In this document: positions 19,560-29,258 of the stretch, piece by piece
How the letters are laid out: the number at the start of each line of letters is the position of its first letter
How positions within the stretch are numbered: the stretch's first letter is position 1
NCBI GenBank assembly: GCA_965216465.1
Contig: CBDCFW010000006.1
Coordinates: 853,244 to 917,243, forward strand
Direction of reading: 5' to 3'
Source: Bacteroidia bacterium
GTDB lineage: Bacteria > Bacteroidota > Bacteroidia > NS11-12g > UBA9320
Length of the DNA stretch: 64,000 bases
The notes under the pieces: model-generated
Seen by the model: the letters and a program-made list of their open reading frames with translations, nothing else
Told to the model about the DNA's origin: nothing
The model's database searches: none
Position numbers and translations under genes: made by a program

Positions 19560-20729
19560 ATGAGCAGAATTACAGAAATTATTCATTCCGTACCAGTAGA
19601 CGAATTAACAGGATCTATCAGCGTACCCGTTTATCAAACTTCAACATTCGTACAACGTGCACCTGGTGTAAACAAGGGGTACGACTATGCCCGTTCTGGG
19701 AATCCAACTCGTTCAGCCCTCGAAAGTGTGCTTTGCAAACTAGAAAATGGTGCAGGAGTAAGTGTGTTCTCCACCGGGCTAGCAGCTATTGATGCCGTAA
19801 TCAAACTATTTAATGCTGGTGATGAGATTATCGCTGTCGATGACATTTATGGAGGTGCTTACCGCCTCTTTGAACATGTGTTTTCACGATTAGGAATCAA
19901 AGTGCACTATGTTGACACTACCGAGACAGCTAATCTAGTTAATTACATTAGTGACAGAACAAAATGCATTTGGCTAGAAACTCCAACCAATCCTACATTA
20001 AAAGTGAGTGACATTAATGCCGCAGCCAAGTTGGCCCAATCTATTGATGCATTATTGGTTGTAGACAACACATTTGCCAGTCCGATTGCTCAACAGCCGA
20101 TTCAATTGGGAGCAGACGTTGTTATTCACAGTGCAACAAAGTATTTAGGAGGACATTCTGATTTGGTAGCTGGAGCAGTTATTTGTAAATCAGAAAAATT
20201 AGCTGAACGTATTCAGTTTATTCAAAACGCATCGGGGGCTATTCTGGGACCTTGGGATTGTTTTCTAGTGTTGAGAGGAATAGAAACCTTAGACCTAAGA
20301 TTCAGAAGGCAATGTGAAACAGCATTGCAAATAGCTCAATATTTGGACTCGCATCCTGATATTGACCAAGTGCATTACCCCGGATTAGTCTCACATCAAA
20401 ATCATCATATTGCCAAGAAACAACAACGTGGCTTGTACGGCGGAGTTGTATCGTTCTCACTAAAGGAAGATAAAACTTCTGTAGCGTCAAAGTTTGTTTC
20501 GAACACCAAATACTTTAAACTGGCAGAGAGTTTGGGTGGAGTAAAAAGTCTTATTTGTCAACCGGCCCTTATGACACATGCTTCGGTACCCAGAGAGAAA
20601 CGCTTGGCATCAGGAGTTCAAGACTCGCTTATCAGATTGTCTTGCGGTATAGAAGACGTCGAGGATTTAATCATTGATTTAGAAACAACATTTGAATTGA
20701 TCAAACGAAAGGAGGTGGAAGTATTATGA
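19560..20729 (+). CDS. PLP-dependent trans-sulfuration enzyme (cystathionine gamma-synthase / beta-lyase family)
   Basis: Cys/Met-metabolism PLP fold with a candidate PLP-lysine segment (HSATKYLGGHSD). It sits under the SAM riboswitch. Confidence 0.8.
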   Translation: MSRITEIIHSVPVDELTGSISVPVYQTSTFVQRAPGVNKGYDYARSGNPTRSALESVLCKLENGAGVSVFSTGLAAIDAVIKLFNAGDEIIAVDDIYGGAYRLFEHVFSRLGIKVHYVDTTETANLVNYISDRTKCIWLETPTNPTLKVSDINAAAKLAQSIDALLVVDNTFASPIAQQPIQLGADVVIHSATKYLGGHSDLVAGAVICKSEKLAERIQFIQNASGAILGPWDCFLVLRGIETLDLRFRRQCETALQIAQYLDSHPDIDQVHYPGLVSHQNHHIAKKQQRGLYGGVVSFSLKEDKTSVASKFVSNTKYFKLAESLGGVKSLICQPALMTHASVPREKRLASGVQDSLIRLSCGIEDVEDLIIDLETTFELIKRKEVEVL

Positions 20730-21898
20730 GTAAATTTAATATAGGGTTATTTGGTTTTGGAGTTGTTGGGGAAGGAATTTACAATGTTATTTCTCAGCAG
20801 AATCAGCTAGATGCTGAGATTGTTAAGATCGTGGTCAAGCAAGAATCAAAATCGAGAAATGCACCTTCAGAGCTATTTTCTCTTAATCAAGATGAAATTT
20901 TTAATAATTCAGAAATCAACTTAATTGTAGAGTTAATAGACGACGCCGATGCGGCCTATCAAATTGTAAAGCGAGCACTGCTATTGGGTAAATCGGTGGT
21001 GAGTGCAAACAAGAAAATGATAGCCAACCACCATCAAGAATTAATTGCATTGAGCAAAAAGCGAAAGGTGTCTTTTCTTTATGAAGCTGCGGTGTGTGGA
21101 AGTGTGCCTATTATTCGAAATCTTGAAGAATACTTTGATCATGATGAGTTGTCATCGGTACAAGGCATTGTGAACGGATCAACCAACTTCATATTAAGTC
21201 AAATGAGCAAAAATGGAGTCAGTTTTAACGAAGCATTAACCACTGCTCAAGAAAAAGGATTTGCAGAATCAGATCCCACTCTTGATGTTGAAGGGGTAGA
21301 TGCAGCCTATAAACTTAGCCTTATTTGCTTGCATGGCTTTGGAAGCAGTGTACCAAGCAATCATGTTATACGAAAGGGAATCACGTCGGTCAATGCCTTC
21401 GATATTCAATTTGGCAAAAAACACAATCTTGCTATCAAGCTAATAGCTCAATGCCATACATCGAAAGGAAACGTTCAAGCACTATCTGTATTTCCAACAT
21501 TTGTTCAAGAAGATTCAAATTTTGGGCGAACTGACAACGAGTATAATTCAGTAAAGTTGAATAGTGCGTTCGCAGATGAGCAATACTTTTATGGTAAAGG
21601 GGCAGGAAGATATCCAACTTCAGCAGCCGTTCTCAGTGATATTTCTGCCCTATCGTACGGCTATGCGTATGCTTACAAGAAAGGAGTAGAAAGATGCAAA
21701 CCAAGTAATCAGTTACGGGCAAAGTTTTTTGTAAGCTTTGATGCCAAGTGTAGTCTCGACAGATCAATCTTTGATAAAATTGATGAAGAGTATAATGGGC
21801 ATACACGGAGCTATGTAGTTGGAGCGATATCGTTGAAGAAACTGAATGCTAGTGGCATACTTAATGATGATACAATCTCAGTAGTTTGCTACAATTAG
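20726..21898 (+). CDS. hom: Homoserine dehydrogenase
   Basis: GLFGFGVVGEG NAD-binding loop and LYEAAVCGSVPII. It overlaps the upstream stop by 4 nt (ATGA). Confidence 0.8.
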   Translation: MSKFNIGLFGFGVVGEGIYNVISQQNQLDAEIVKIVVKQESKSRNAPSELFSLNQDEIFNNSEINLIVELIDDADAAYQIVKRALLLGKSVVSANKKMIANHHQELIALSKKRKVSFLYEAAVCGSVPIIRNLEEYFDHDELSSVQGIVNGSTNFILSQMSKNGVSFNEALTTAQEKGFAESDPTLDVEGVDAAYKLSLICLHGFGSSVPSNHVIRKGITSVNAFDIQFGKKHNLAIKLIAQCHTSKGNVQALSVFPTFVQEDSNFGRTDNEYNSVKLNSAFADEQYFYGKGAGRYPTSAAVLSDISALSYGYAYAYKKGVERCKPSNQLRAKFFVSFDAKCSLDRSIFDKIDEEYNGHTRSYVVGAISLKKLNASGILNDDTISVVCYN

Positions 21899-22026
21899 TT
21901 GGCGATAAATTGATCTGGAGCAGTTCAGATGGACCGTTTAGTATGTGACTTTGTTTTACCCACCAACACCTTTGCATCTTTCAGTTTACGTGCAAAGCGG
22001 TCCATTTCTCCTGAAGTGAGAAATGA

Positions 22027-22914
22027 TTACTTGCTTAAGATTTTTTTAAGATCGTCAATACCAGATAAAAGCATAAGATTATTGCATTCTGGCATCGTAC
22101 ACTGACTATTTTGAACGCCGCCTCCACCAATAAGCAATTTTGTTTCCAGAAGCTTGTTTGAGATTTTATCAAGGTATGCAGAAAGTTTATTATCAGGCCT
22201 TGACGTTATAAATAGTGTCAAAATATGCGTTGGGTTGGTTAGCTCTGCACATTCCATTACTCCGTCAAAAGGCACACTTGAACCCAAGTAAATGCATTCA
22301 TATCCAGCCTTGCGAATGAGGTAGTAGCCATAAAGAAGGCCAATTTCATGGTTTTCGTCGTCGGGTAAGTAAAGTAAAAACTTTTTGCTACCCTTTCTTT
22401 GAGGAAGACTGTTTATAGCACTGTACAACTTCTGTCTTAACAATTGACTTGCAAAATGTTCCTGAGCAGGATAAAGCTTATTAACTGACCATAGCATGCC
22501 TATCTTTCCTAAGAGAGGATATACGATTTCTTCAATGGTCTCTTCCAGTCCGAACATTTTTATACATTCAGCATAAGTGTCTTCAAACGCATAAATGTCA
22601 CATTTTAGCGTAGCTACGATAAGCTTGTTCGTCAAGAAAGCGTTGTTGTGGTCTTCATCAAAAGAAATAAGCGATTCAATCTCAGAATGGAGCTGGTCGT
22701 TATTAAGCGAGCTTGCTCTGCTAATCTTCATACCACTATCTAACAATGTGGTTATGTTCAACAGTTTTTTCAGATCTTGATGGCTATACGTCCGAATATT
22801 GGTTGGTGTTCGATCGGGCTCAAAAATGCTATAGCGCTTCTCCCACATCCTAATGGTATGGGCCTTAATTCCGCTCAGATTCTCAAGATCTCGTATGCTA
22901 AGTCTGCTTATCAC
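22027..22914 (-). CDS. CarH/LitR-type transcription factor: MerR HTH + Wx9EH four-helix bundle + B12-binding domain
   Basis: The N-terminal LSIRDLENLSGIKAHTIRMWEKRY is a MerR HTH. MLWSVNKLYPAQEHF is the Wx9EH motif. DENHEIG...LGSSVP...LLIGGGG are the ExHxxG, S/GxL and GG B12-binding motifs. Confidence 0.7.
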   Translation of the reverse strand: MISRLSIRDLENLSGIKAHTIRMWEKRYSIFEPDRTPTNIRTYSHQDLKKLLNITTLLDSGMKISRASSLNNDQLHSEIESLISFDEDHNNAFLTNKLIVATLKCDIYAFEDTYAECIKMFGLEETIEEIVYPLLGKIGMLWSVNKLYPAQEHFASQLLRQKLYSAINSLPQRKGSKKFLLYLPDDENHEIGLLYGYYLIRKAGYECIYLGSSVPFDGVMECAELTNPTHILTLFITSRPDNKLSAYLDKISNKLLETKLLIGGGGVQNSQCTMPECNNLMLLSGIDDLKKILSK

Positions 22915-23009
22915 TTACTTTCTAAAAGGAATAACAGTGCAATAATGTTTGTTTTGGGGCATAAAAAAAAGGCTGCTACAGCAACCTTTTCTTCATTTTG
23001 TATACGCTA

Positions 23010-23747
23010 TTACTTCGAAAGCAAGAAGCGATAGAGTCGTTTCTTTTCTGCTTTTTGTGATTTCTTATGCGTTTTTCGAGGTTTAACGTTTTGCTCAGAT
23101 GCAATTTCTTGTCTTTGCTTTTCGGCTTCATCAAAAACAGGTTTTAGATCTACCATAATTGCATCTAATTCTGTTTGATGAGCTGAAATAATGGGGTCAA
23201 GCATTTGATTAATTTCCTGACGCTTTGCTTTGAGTTCTTCCCTTTCTTGCTCTGTAAGTGTCTTACGCTCGCCTTTCTTATGCTTTGGCTTTAAAGCTCT
23301 TGCTTCTTCTATGATCTGCTTTTCATCTTCGGTGAGCAACTTGTCAAATTCAACTCTTTTGGCTTGTACTTGAGGCTTAACATGCTCTTTGTGGTACTGT
23401 TTAATCTGCTGATGAGCTTCTTTTCTCTCCGTTTTCATTTGTTTATGAACTTCTTTCAGGGCTATTATTTGATCCTCATCAAGAACTTCATGAATGGCAG
23501 TTCGTTGGTCTTTTTTAATGGCTTTGAAGGCTTCTTTATTTTTCTCCCCACTTAATTTTAGGGCTTTAATTTCTTCAGCACTTTTCAGCATAATTTGGTA
23601 CACATCAGTTTTTTGATCTTCACTTAATTGAACTTTTTGATCAAGTAGTTCTACGTGTTTTTTCGCTCTCTCTTCTGGAGATACTTTTTGAGCTATTACC
23701 GCCTGGCAGAATAACATCAGTACTAGTGTTAATTTAATTACCTTCAT
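23010..23747 (-). CDS. Periplasmic coiled-coil protein with LTXXQ-like repeats (Spy/CpxP-like)
   Basis: Signal peptide, Lys/Glu-rich sequence, and LSEDQKTDV and LTEDEKQII motifs. Confidence 0.5.
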   Translation of the reverse strand: MKVIKLTLVLMLFCQAVIAQKVSPEERAKKHVELLDQKVQLSEDQKTDVYQIMLKSAEEIKALKLSGEKNKEAFKAIKKDQRTAIHEVLDEDQIIALKEVHKQMKTERKEAHQQIKQYHKEHVKPQVQAKRVEFDKLLTEDEKQIIEEARALKPKHKKGERKTLTEQEREELKAKRQEINQMLDPIISAHQTELDAIMVDLKPVFDEAEKQRQEIASEQNVKPRKTHKKSQKAEKKRLYRFLLSK

Positions 23748-23812
23748 ATCTTATCGTTTATTTCTTTGACATGAATAACACAAGTTTTATTCCATTTAGT
23801 GCCAGAGTCGGC

Positions 23813-24223
23813 CTATTTATGCTCAGAATGGCGAGATCTTTGGCGGTCATGACGTGGTCCGTGAGGAGGTCTCGAAGCCCTATGTTCCTTAATTCTTTCT
23901 AGTTTTTGAATCTGATTATCTTTCAGGTGTGGAGTTATTTTTTGAAACATTTCATTTCGCAGCGAATCCATCTCTGCACGATGTTTTTGCCGTACTTCTT
24001 TGTGTACAGGTAACATAGAATCTAGAATAGGTTTTATCTCTGATTCTTGTTCTTCAGTTAAATCAAGGCGTTTCATCCAATGTCTTCCTTCTGCTTTTGG
24101 ATTGTGGGTCATTTCATGGATGTGCTTGATTCTTTTTTTGGCCATTCTCCCAGAAATGAAAAAACCAAGTACAAACCCCATCAGTAGGGTTAAGGTTAGT
24201 GTAAGTATCAATTTTTTACTCAT
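23813..24223 (-). CDS. Periplasmic LTXXQ-motif protein (Spy/CpxP-like), membrane-anchored
   Basis: N-terminal TM or signal sequence, LDLTEEQESEI motif and a basic C-terminal tail. Confidence 0.5.
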   Translation of the reverse strand: MSKKLILTLTLTLLMGFVLGFFISGRMAKKRIKHIHEMTHNPKAEGRHWMKRLDLTEEQESEIKPILDSMLPVHKEVRQKHRAEMDSLRNEMFQKITPHLKDNQIQKLERIKEHRASRPPHGPRHDRQRSRHSEHK

Positions 24224-24225
24224 GA

Positions 24226-24486
24226 TTATAGATATTCAAAAATGTCTGTTGATGATGAAAAGCTAAGTTGATCAACGCCCAATAGCGTGTCGTAGTTTAT
24301 TGAGCCATCTTGAAAGTAGATGAGCCCAAGACAAACGGCAATCGATGCGGCAATACCACTAACCAGCCATTTGTAGCTTGGTAAATGTATAACTTTGGCA
24401 GGTTCAATACTCTCCATAACAAGTTCTTCGAAGCTTGCATCAAAGCTGTATTGCATCTTTTTTAATTGTTCGTCTGTGTTATTCAT
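24226..24486 (-). CDS. Small single-pass membrane protein, likely the anti-sigma factor for the adjacent ECF sigma
   Basis: 86 aa with one TM helix (GIAASIAVCLGLIYF). Its start overlaps the ECF sigma stop. Confidence 0.45.
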   Translation of the reverse strand: MNNTDEQLKKMQYSFDASFEELVMESIEPAKVIHLPSYKWLVSGIAASIAVCLGLIYFQDGSINYDTLLGVDQLSFSSSTDIFEYL

Positions 24487-25036
24487 GCTGATAGTTTAAA
24501 TCTTTTTCGAGGATTAATTTTAATTTTTCCATTCCGCGTTTTAATCGAGAAAGGACGGTTCCTTTTGGAACTTCTAGAATATCTGCTGTTTCTTGCGTGC
24601 TAAAGCCTTGTATCATTCGAATAACAACAACACTGCGGTGCTTATCGTCGAGTCGCTTTAAAGCTTGAGCAATTATTTCTTTGCTTTCGAAATCATCTGA
24701 ACCTGTTGTTATCCGGTGGCTTGCTTTGGATAAGTCTAAACTTCTCTTGGCAAAGTTTTGTCTCCTTTTAAGCACGTTAATGCTCAAATTCATTGTGATA
24801 CGGGTTAAGTAAGTTGCAAGTTTTGCATCTTTTCTAAACTGGGGTAAAGAACGGTGAAGCCGAATGAATACCTCTTGACCAACTTCAGTGGCATCGTGGT
24901 AATCTCCAACCATATTCATTGCAACAGTTGCAACCATACTTTTATGTCTGGTTATAATCTCTTTGAACGCAGCCTGATTGCCCGATTTAGACAAATCGAC
25001 AAGTTCAAAATCAGATAGTTTGGTTACAGATTGCAA
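24479..25036 (-). CDS. ECF-type RNA polymerase sigma-70 factor
   Basis: Region 2 (HDATEVGQEVFIRLHRSL) and region 4 (FSTQETADILEVPKGTVLSRLKRG). Confidence 0.85.
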   Translation of the reverse strand: MQSVTKLSDFELVDLSKSGNQAAFKEIITRHKSMVATVAMNMVGDYHDATEVGQEVFIRLHRSLPQFRKDAKLATYLTRITMNLSINVLKRRQNFAKRSLDLSKASHRITTGSDDFESKEIIAQALKRLDDKHRSVVVIRMIQGFSTQETADILEVPKGTVLSRLKRGMEKLKLILEKDLNYQHE

Positions 25037-25274
25037 TTGCTTTTACCTTATTGACAATGTAAAGCATTAAAAGATTCCAAGAAAATTAGTGAATTTTACA
25101 TCCAGCCCATTTCGACTTTGGTCTTATTTCTCGTGTTGCATTTATTTCTTGAGGCACAAGAACTCAACACGGTAGCGAGACCGAAAAGTGCTAGAAAAAA
25201 GATAGCTTTTTGCTTAGAAGACATATGCAAGTATAACGTTCTTGAAACAATATGTATTATTCAGATATGCCATT

Positions 25275-26426
25275 TTAGTGCAAGAGCTGTATAGCGTCTA
25301 GGTATCGGTCCGGCAAATCGCCACTTGTAGCCTGCTGATAATCAGAGTATAAGCAAGGAATAATCAAGTTTTTATCGCGGTTGTTTAGACTTCTGGGATG
25401 TGGAATCTCCATCCACCATCTATTCGTTCTTTTGCTTTTATGAAAGATGATGTCCTGGTGATTGTTTTCAAACCCACATCTATAACGTAAAAACTCGTCG
25501 TGCAAACTGGGGTGATCTTGTCTTCTATTAGCGTATCCATCAATGAAGTACCAAATAATTTGGGCTGCAAGTTGAGAAGTTAAGTTTCGGTTATCTAATC
25601 GAGGGTTTACTTCAAATAAGCCAAAGCATTGAGAAGTATCACTTACTCCAGCATACCATGCTAATTGACAAGCCATGTCACCTTCTAGTCCCAATTGGAT
25701 TTCCATTTTCATTACCAGGAGCATCAGAACTCTTAATAGCACTGATATCCATCAAGGTAAGATGGTTGTTTCTCAAAAGCAGTTCGGCCTCCTCAACATT
25801 TTTCTTTAAAGCACCTAAGCGGAGATGTCCCAAAATTCAAATTCTGAAGTACATCGAGCATTTTGGGAGGCACTGTAGTGCCCTTGAAATGCTAAGGCAT
25901 TTAAGCGTAGCAAGTGGTTTGGCTCGTTTCGAATTATACCATCGAGTAATTGTCCTTCCAATATTGGAATACGCGACGAGATGTACGAGATTTCAATGCT
26001 TTGATTGTGGTTGGCAAAACTTTCATAAAGGGCTTGACCAAGCTGATAGCTTCCTCCAATAACAATGCTGACAATGTTTTGCTCATGAAGTTGCTCAACA
26101 ATATCTTTTAATCCAACAAGCGTATCATCGAAAGTTTCACCGCTTTTTAGGTTTCCAAGATCAACTACAGATTTTTCAATGTAGGTGTTAGAAACCAATT
26201 TATACAGTTCCTTTCTAATTTGGTTAGGAGCTTCAATGGTTCCTTCGTTTTGCAATTCGAGATTTTCGGGTACCCCAATTATTGCAAGATTAATTTGCTC
26301 TAGAGATGGGAATTTTTCATCGTACTTAGCAAGCGAAGCACCGAGCTCGAATGGCTGATATTCATTAGATATTTTTAATCGTTTCGAAGTATTCCTGAAA
26401 CATTGAATATATTCGTGATTCAACAA
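25275..26426 (-). pseudogene. Arginase/formiminoglutamase-fold gene disrupted by two frameshifts. TTG start, no ATG anywhere in the N-terminal ORF, and metal-ligand motifs substituted.
   Basis: The N-terminal ORF (25815..26426) and C-terminal ORF (25275..25742) are in the same frame but separated by TAG, TAA, TGA and TGA stops. A second frame across 25716..25816 reads ...LTLMDISAIKSSDAPGNENGNPIG, the SxDxDxxDP...APGTG region. The C-terminal ORF has the GLFEVNP signature. GGDHS has become GGSYQ and DAHAD has become FQGHY. Confidence 0.45.
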
Positions 26427-26444
26427 AAGTAATCATAGAATAAC

Positions 26445-27455
26445 GTGACTTTTGCCGTAACCGGAGCGAATGGATTTTTAGGTGTATATATTTTACATCA
26501 CTTGGTTAAAAAAGGACATCATGTGAAAGCTTTAGTGCGGCCTTCCTCCTCTCTTAATTTGTTTAATCAGATCAGCGATTATTACCAACTAACAGATAAT
26601 CAGAAAGAATTAATTGAATGGGTTCATGTTTCTTTATATGACACTTATGCACTCAATGAAGTTTTTGAAAATGTAGATTATGTAATCCATCTAGCAGGTA
26701 AAATTTCTTACTTAAAAAGAGAGCTTCCAGACTTAATTCATGTTAATCGAGATTTTACTGCCGCAGTTGTTGATGCATGCTTGTCAGCCAACGTAAAGCG
26801 ATTGATTTATTGCAGTAGCACCTCGGCAATTTCTAAGAACAATACAAACGCGGTTGTAGTTGAGTCAAAAGAATGGGACGATAAGTTAGAGCATAGCAAT
26901 TATGGTTATACGAAGCACCTTGGCGAAATGGAAGTGTGGCGAGGAATAGAAGAAGGCTTAGCAGCTAATATTATCAACCCAGGGGTTATTTTAGGTTATG
27001 CCAATTGGAATGACGGTTCGAATAAGCTTTTTCGAAATGCATTTCAATCTTTCCCTTTTTTCAGTGAGGGTATTACCGGTTTTGTTGGAGTTTCAGATGT
27101 AGCCGATATCGTATATAGATTATGCAACTCTGAAGTGGTAGGAGAGCAGTTTCTAGTTATCTCTGAGAATAAGTCGTACGGTGATATTGCTCGCATGATG
27201 GCCAAACACTTTGATAAAAAACCACCTCGATTTGAAGTTAAAGGATTGCTGTATCGTTTGATTTATGGCTTTATAAGCCTAAAAGAAAGATTAGGTTTAG
27301 GTGGTTTACTTTCAAAAGAGACCGTAAAGGCTAGTATTGCTAAAAATCAATTTTCAAACCAGAAGATTAAAGACGCTTTAAACTATGAGTTTGAATCGAT
27401 GGAAGAAGTAATTTCAGCAGCAACGGAGGCATATAAAAAAAGCCCACCGAAGTGA
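26445..27455 (+). CDS. NAD-dependent epimerase/dehydratase family protein (extended SDR)
   Basis: GTG start. VTGANGFLGVYILHHL is the Rossmann GxxGxxG loop, and a catalytic YxxxK region is present. Confidence 0.8.
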   Translation: MTFAVTGANGFLGVYILHHLVKKGHHVKALVRPSSSLNLFNQISDYYQLTDNQKELIEWVHVSLYDTYALNEVFENVDYVIHLAGKISYLKRELPDLIHVNRDFTAAVVDACLSANVKRLIYCSSTSAISKNNTNAVVVESKEWDDKLEHSNYGYTKHLGEMEVWRGIEEGLAANIINPGVILGYANWNDGSNKLFRNAFQSFPFFSEGITGFVGVSDVADIVYRLCNSEVVGEQFLVISENKSYGDIARMMAKHFDKKPPRFEVKGLLYRLIYGFISLKERLGLGGLLSKETVKASIAKNQFSNQKIKDALNYEFESMEEVISAATEAYKKSPPK

Positions 27456-27482
27456 GCTTTTTCATTGTATTTAAATTCTAGA

Positions 27483-28109
27483 TTATTCTTCTGAATTTCC
27501 TTCTTCGCCTTCAGCTCCTTCTTCTCCTTCTTCTTCTTCATCAAGACCATCAGCAGCACTTTTAGCGGCTCTCGTCACAACACAAGAAACGATTGAATTT
27601 GAATCAGAATCAAGCAAATCAAGCTTATCAACTGAGATATCCTTAACTTTAACACTCTTACCAATTTCAAGATCGTTAATATCAACTTCTATAAATTCAG
27701 GTAAGTCAGAAACAAGTCCTGAAACTAATAACTTTTTGATCTTCAATTGTAGCTTACCACCGGCTCTTACACCTGGAGAGTTTCCTACGATTTTTACAGG
27801 AACGTGGATGCTAACTGGTTGAGCAGTATCGATTTCGTAAAAATCTGCGTGAATAATATCTTCAGAAACAGGGTGGAATTGAAGCTCTTGAATTTTAGCA
27901 AGCTTCATGTCGTTACCTACTTCAATTTTAACCAAGTATGTATTTGGTGTATATACCAAGTTTTTGAAGTCTGCTTGGTATACAGCAAAATGCTTGTTTT
28001 CTCCACTTCCGTAGATTACGCAAGGCACTTTACCTTCTTTTCTTAATTGTTTGGTGCTTGACTTTCCTAGTCCAGCTCTTTCAGCACCTTTTAATGCAAT
28101 TACTTTCAT
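27483..28109 (-). CDS. rplY: 50S ribosomal protein L25 / general stress protein Ctc, with an acidic C-terminal tail
   Basis: MKVIALKGAERAGLGKSSTKQLRKEGKVPCVIYG. Confidence 0.85.
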   Translation of the reverse strand: MKVIALKGAERAGLGKSSTKQLRKEGKVPCVIYGSGENKHFAVYQADFKNLVYTPNTYLVKIEVGNDMKLAKIQELQFHPVSEDIIHADFYEIDTAQPVSIHVPVKIVGNSPGVRAGGKLQLKIKKLLVSGLVSDLPEFIEVDINDLEIGKSVKVKDISVDKLDLLDSDSNSIVSCVVTRAAKSAADGLDEEEEGEEGAEGEEGNSEE

Positions 28110-28135
28110 TGTTAATTATTAAAAATCTTTGTTAA

Positions 28136-29107
28136 TTAAATTAAGTTCTTCTGATACGAATCGTTGACGTTGAATAGCGAGCTGATTGACCCAAACTCAC
28201 TTACATTTCTAATGGCGTTTGCAAACAAACTGTCTACGCTCAACATCTTAATTTTCTTATAGTTTCCTGCTTGAATAGGAATAGTATTACATAATGCTAT
28301 TTCTTCAAGTACAGAATTTTCTAAATTTTCGTATGCTTTGCCGCTCAATACAGGGTGGGTACATACGGCTCTTACAGAATTTGCTCCTTCTTCTTTGATT
28401 AACGCAGCAGCTTTGCAAAGTGTATTAGCAGTGTCGCAGATATCATCAATTAAAACAACATCTTTACCTTTTACATCACCAATAACAGTCATTGAAGCAA
28501 TTTCATTTGCTCTTTTTCTTGCTTTGTCGCATATTACCATTTCAGCACCTAAGTACTTAGCAAACTCTCTAACTCTTTTAGTCGCTCCAACGTCTGGGGC
28601 TGCAAGAAGAAGGTTGTCAAGTTTTAGACTCTTAATGTAAGGGATAAAAATTACAGTAGAATCAAGGTGGTCAACTGGGATGTCAAAGAATCCTTGAATT
28701 TGTGGAGCGTGTAAGTCCATAGTCATAACACGATCAGCACCAGCAGCAGTCAAAATATTAGCTACCATTTTTGAACTGATTGGTACACGAGGCTTGTCTT
28801 TTCTATCTTGTCTTGCTAATCCGAAGTAAGGAATTACGGCAACAACTTTATGAGCAGATGCACGCTTAGCAGCGTCAATTAGCATCAATAACTCCATTAA
28901 GTTGTCGGCAGGAGGGAAGGTAGATTGAACAATAAACACATCACAACCTCTAACAGATTCGTCTAATGACGGTTGGAACTCGCCATCACTAAATTTACTT
29001 AGTGTAACAGTTCCGCAAGCTTGTCCGTAAGAATTTGCAATTTTTTCTGCGAGATAGCTCGAAGCCGAGCCAGAAAAGATCTTTACTTTATTTATAAATG
29101 ATGGCAT
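28136..29107 (-). CDS. prs: Ribose-phosphate pyrophosphokinase
   Basis: KIFSGSASSYLAEKIA..., the PRPP-binding loop VLIDDICDTANTL and the RQDRK flexible loop. Confidence 0.9.
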   Translation of the reverse strand: MPSFINKVKIFSGSASSYLAEKIANSYGQACGTVTLSKFSDGEFQPSLDESVRGCDVFIVQSTFPPADNLMELLMLIDAAKRASAHKVVAVIPYFGLARQDRKDKPRVPISSKMVANILTAAGADRVMTMDLHAPQIQGFFDIPVDHLDSTVIFIPYIKSLKLDNLLLAAPDVGATKRVREFAKYLGAEMVICDKARKRANEIASMTVIGDVKGKDVVLIDDICDTANTLCKAAALIKEEGANSVRAVCTHPVLSGKAYENLENSVLEEIALCNTIPIQAGNYKKIKMLSVDSLFANAIRNVSEFGSISSLFNVNDSYQKNLI

Positions 29108-29155
29108 ATCGTTTTACTTTCACCCTACCAAGAGGATTATCATAAACTTTAATTG

Positions 29156-29228
29156 TTGACCGACCAGGGCTCGAACCTGGACTCTTCTGGACCAAAACCA
29201 GACGTGTTGCCAGTTACACCATCGGTCA
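29156..29228 (-). tRNA. tRNA-Gln (anticodon UUG)
   Basis: Cloverleaf with a U1-A72 acceptor, D stem GTGT/ACAC, anticodon stem TCTGG/CCAGA, loop TTTTGGT (anticodon TTG) and T loop TTCGAGC. No encoded CCA. Confidence 0.85.
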
Positions 29229-29258
29229 ATTTTGGCCTGCAAAAGTAATATTCATTTT

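Noticed and set aside
25743-25817. Single in-frame stop read-through (selenocysteine, pyrrolysine or suppression) joining the two arginase-like ORFs
   Set aside because: Four different stop codons (TAG, TAA, TGA, TGA) occur in that frame within 75 nt. The conserved motif is encoded in another frame, so frameshifts are the explanation, not recoding.
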